A stretch of 64,000 nt of DNA, from contig JAACED010000012.1 of the NCBI GenBank assembly GCA_011682695.1, positions 43,518 to 107,517 on the forward strand, given 5' to 3'. This document shows positions 63,468 through 64,000 of the stretch, one piece after another (the first letter of the stretch is position 1; each line of letters opens with the position of its first letter). Both the position numbers and the translations under genes were made by a program. The notes under the pieces were generated by a model that did not search any database, was not told the origin of the DNA, and saw only the letters and a program-made list of their open reading frames with translations. The DNA is from Gammaproteobacteria bacterium. Lineage in GTDB: Bacteria; Actinomycetota; Acidimicrobiia; Spongiisociales; UBA4744.

Positions 63468-64000
63468 ACTCGACGCGTTGGACGACGGGCGTCTCCGGAC
63501 CGGCGACCACGTCGCTTCTGCTCGAGGTGTTGCCGTATACATAGATCGGCATTCCGAGCCTCAACCGTCCGAGCAGGTAGTTCATGTCCGGGATCCGAAC
63601 GCGCACGCATCCGTGAGAAGCCGGGTAGGCAGGAACGCTCCCAGACCCGTGAATCGCGTACCCGCCCCGGAAGTAGTAGGGCTCATAGAGTCCTCCCAGA
63701 TACGATATCCGCCATCCGTCGACATGGCGGTAGAACGAGAATGCCCCCTCGGGAGTACGCGCCTTCGAGACACTTCCACTTTGTCCGCGATACGTGCCTC
63801 CACTGCCCGATGAGATCGGCAGGATGCTTTCCACATTCTGGTTCTCGATCAGGAAGAGCACCTGACGCTCAAGATCGATTTCCACACGATTCGGCGCCGC
63901 TGCAGCGCCCACGACGATGGGCTCATCGAGAAGTTGCCAATCCCCCGATCGAAAGATTCCGTCGCGGGGGAGATCGTGCGCTTTCTGGAACGCGACCACG
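63436..64000 (-). CDS. L,D-transpeptidase (YkuD domain), 5' end outside the window
   Basis: Catalytic HGCVRV motif with conserved His/Cys. The ORF runs to the window edge, so the N-terminus (signal/PG-binding region) presumably lies beyond 64000. The 3' end overlaps the MBL gene by 32 nt (convergent). Confidence 0.75.
   Translation of the reverse strand, partial: VVAFQKAHDLPRDGIFRSGDWQLLDEPIVVGAAAAPNRVEIDLERQVLFLIENQNVESILPISSGSGGTYRGQSGSVSKARTPEGAFSFYRHVDGWRISYLGGLYEPYYFRGGYAIHGSGSVPAYPASHGCVRVRIPDMNYLLGRLRLGMPIYVYGNTSSRSDVVAGPETPVVQRVEFSLPVQLAIA

Overview
High-GC (about 65-70%) actinobacterial chromosomal segment. It is densely packed with housekeeping genes, many coupled by 4-nt start/stop overlaps (ATGA/GTGA/TTGA). 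Gene order resembles two conserved mycobacterial-type blocks: (HAD phosphatase-tlyA-nadK-recN-pyrG-NUDIX ... xerD ... scpA-scpB-rluB-cmk-der) and (gcvH-garA-MerR ... gcvT-gcvP). gcvP is split into gcvPA/gcvPB, so this is not Mycobacterium itself. Main units, 5' to 3': partial GT2 polyprenol-P-mannose synthase; GNAT; NUDIX; DUF1015 / HAD-IIA (divergent); rhomboid; tlyA-nadK-recN; pyrG-NUDIX(frameshifted)-ald; xerD-traR-M50-HD-scpAB-rluB-aroA; a 55-bp tandem repeat array; cmk; ispH(-); der; thiolase+DUF35; tRNA-Pro; the pstSCAB-pstB2-phoU operon with a PHO-box-like direct repeat, followed by an OmpR-type response regulator and histidine kinase; a 5-gene oligopeptide-type ABC transporter; PgsA-like; the gcvH-garA-MerR ... 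gcvT-gcvPA-gcvPB glycine-cleavage neighbourhood with dacB, hpt, a BFN nuclease and an RCK K+ channel inserted; then hydrolase, add(-), GNAT(-), yqgE, rnhB, Memo-family protein, FAD oxidoreductase, beta-CASP MBL(-), CPA1-RCK antiporter(-), an ~800-bp gene-free stretch, trxA, galK, a small C4 zinc-ribbon protein(-), ggt(-), a tail-less SSB-like protein(-), MBL hydrolase, and a partial L,D-transpeptidase(-). No CRISPR array, IS/transposase, integrase-associated island or toxin-antitoxin module was seen. The region looks core rather than accessory, so findings concern fine-scale regulatory and structural anomalies, not a large novel system. Coordinates I derived by hand-indexing (RNA, repeats, motifs) may be off by 1-2 nt. 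CDS coordinates are anchored to the supplied ORF track by codon arithmetic.
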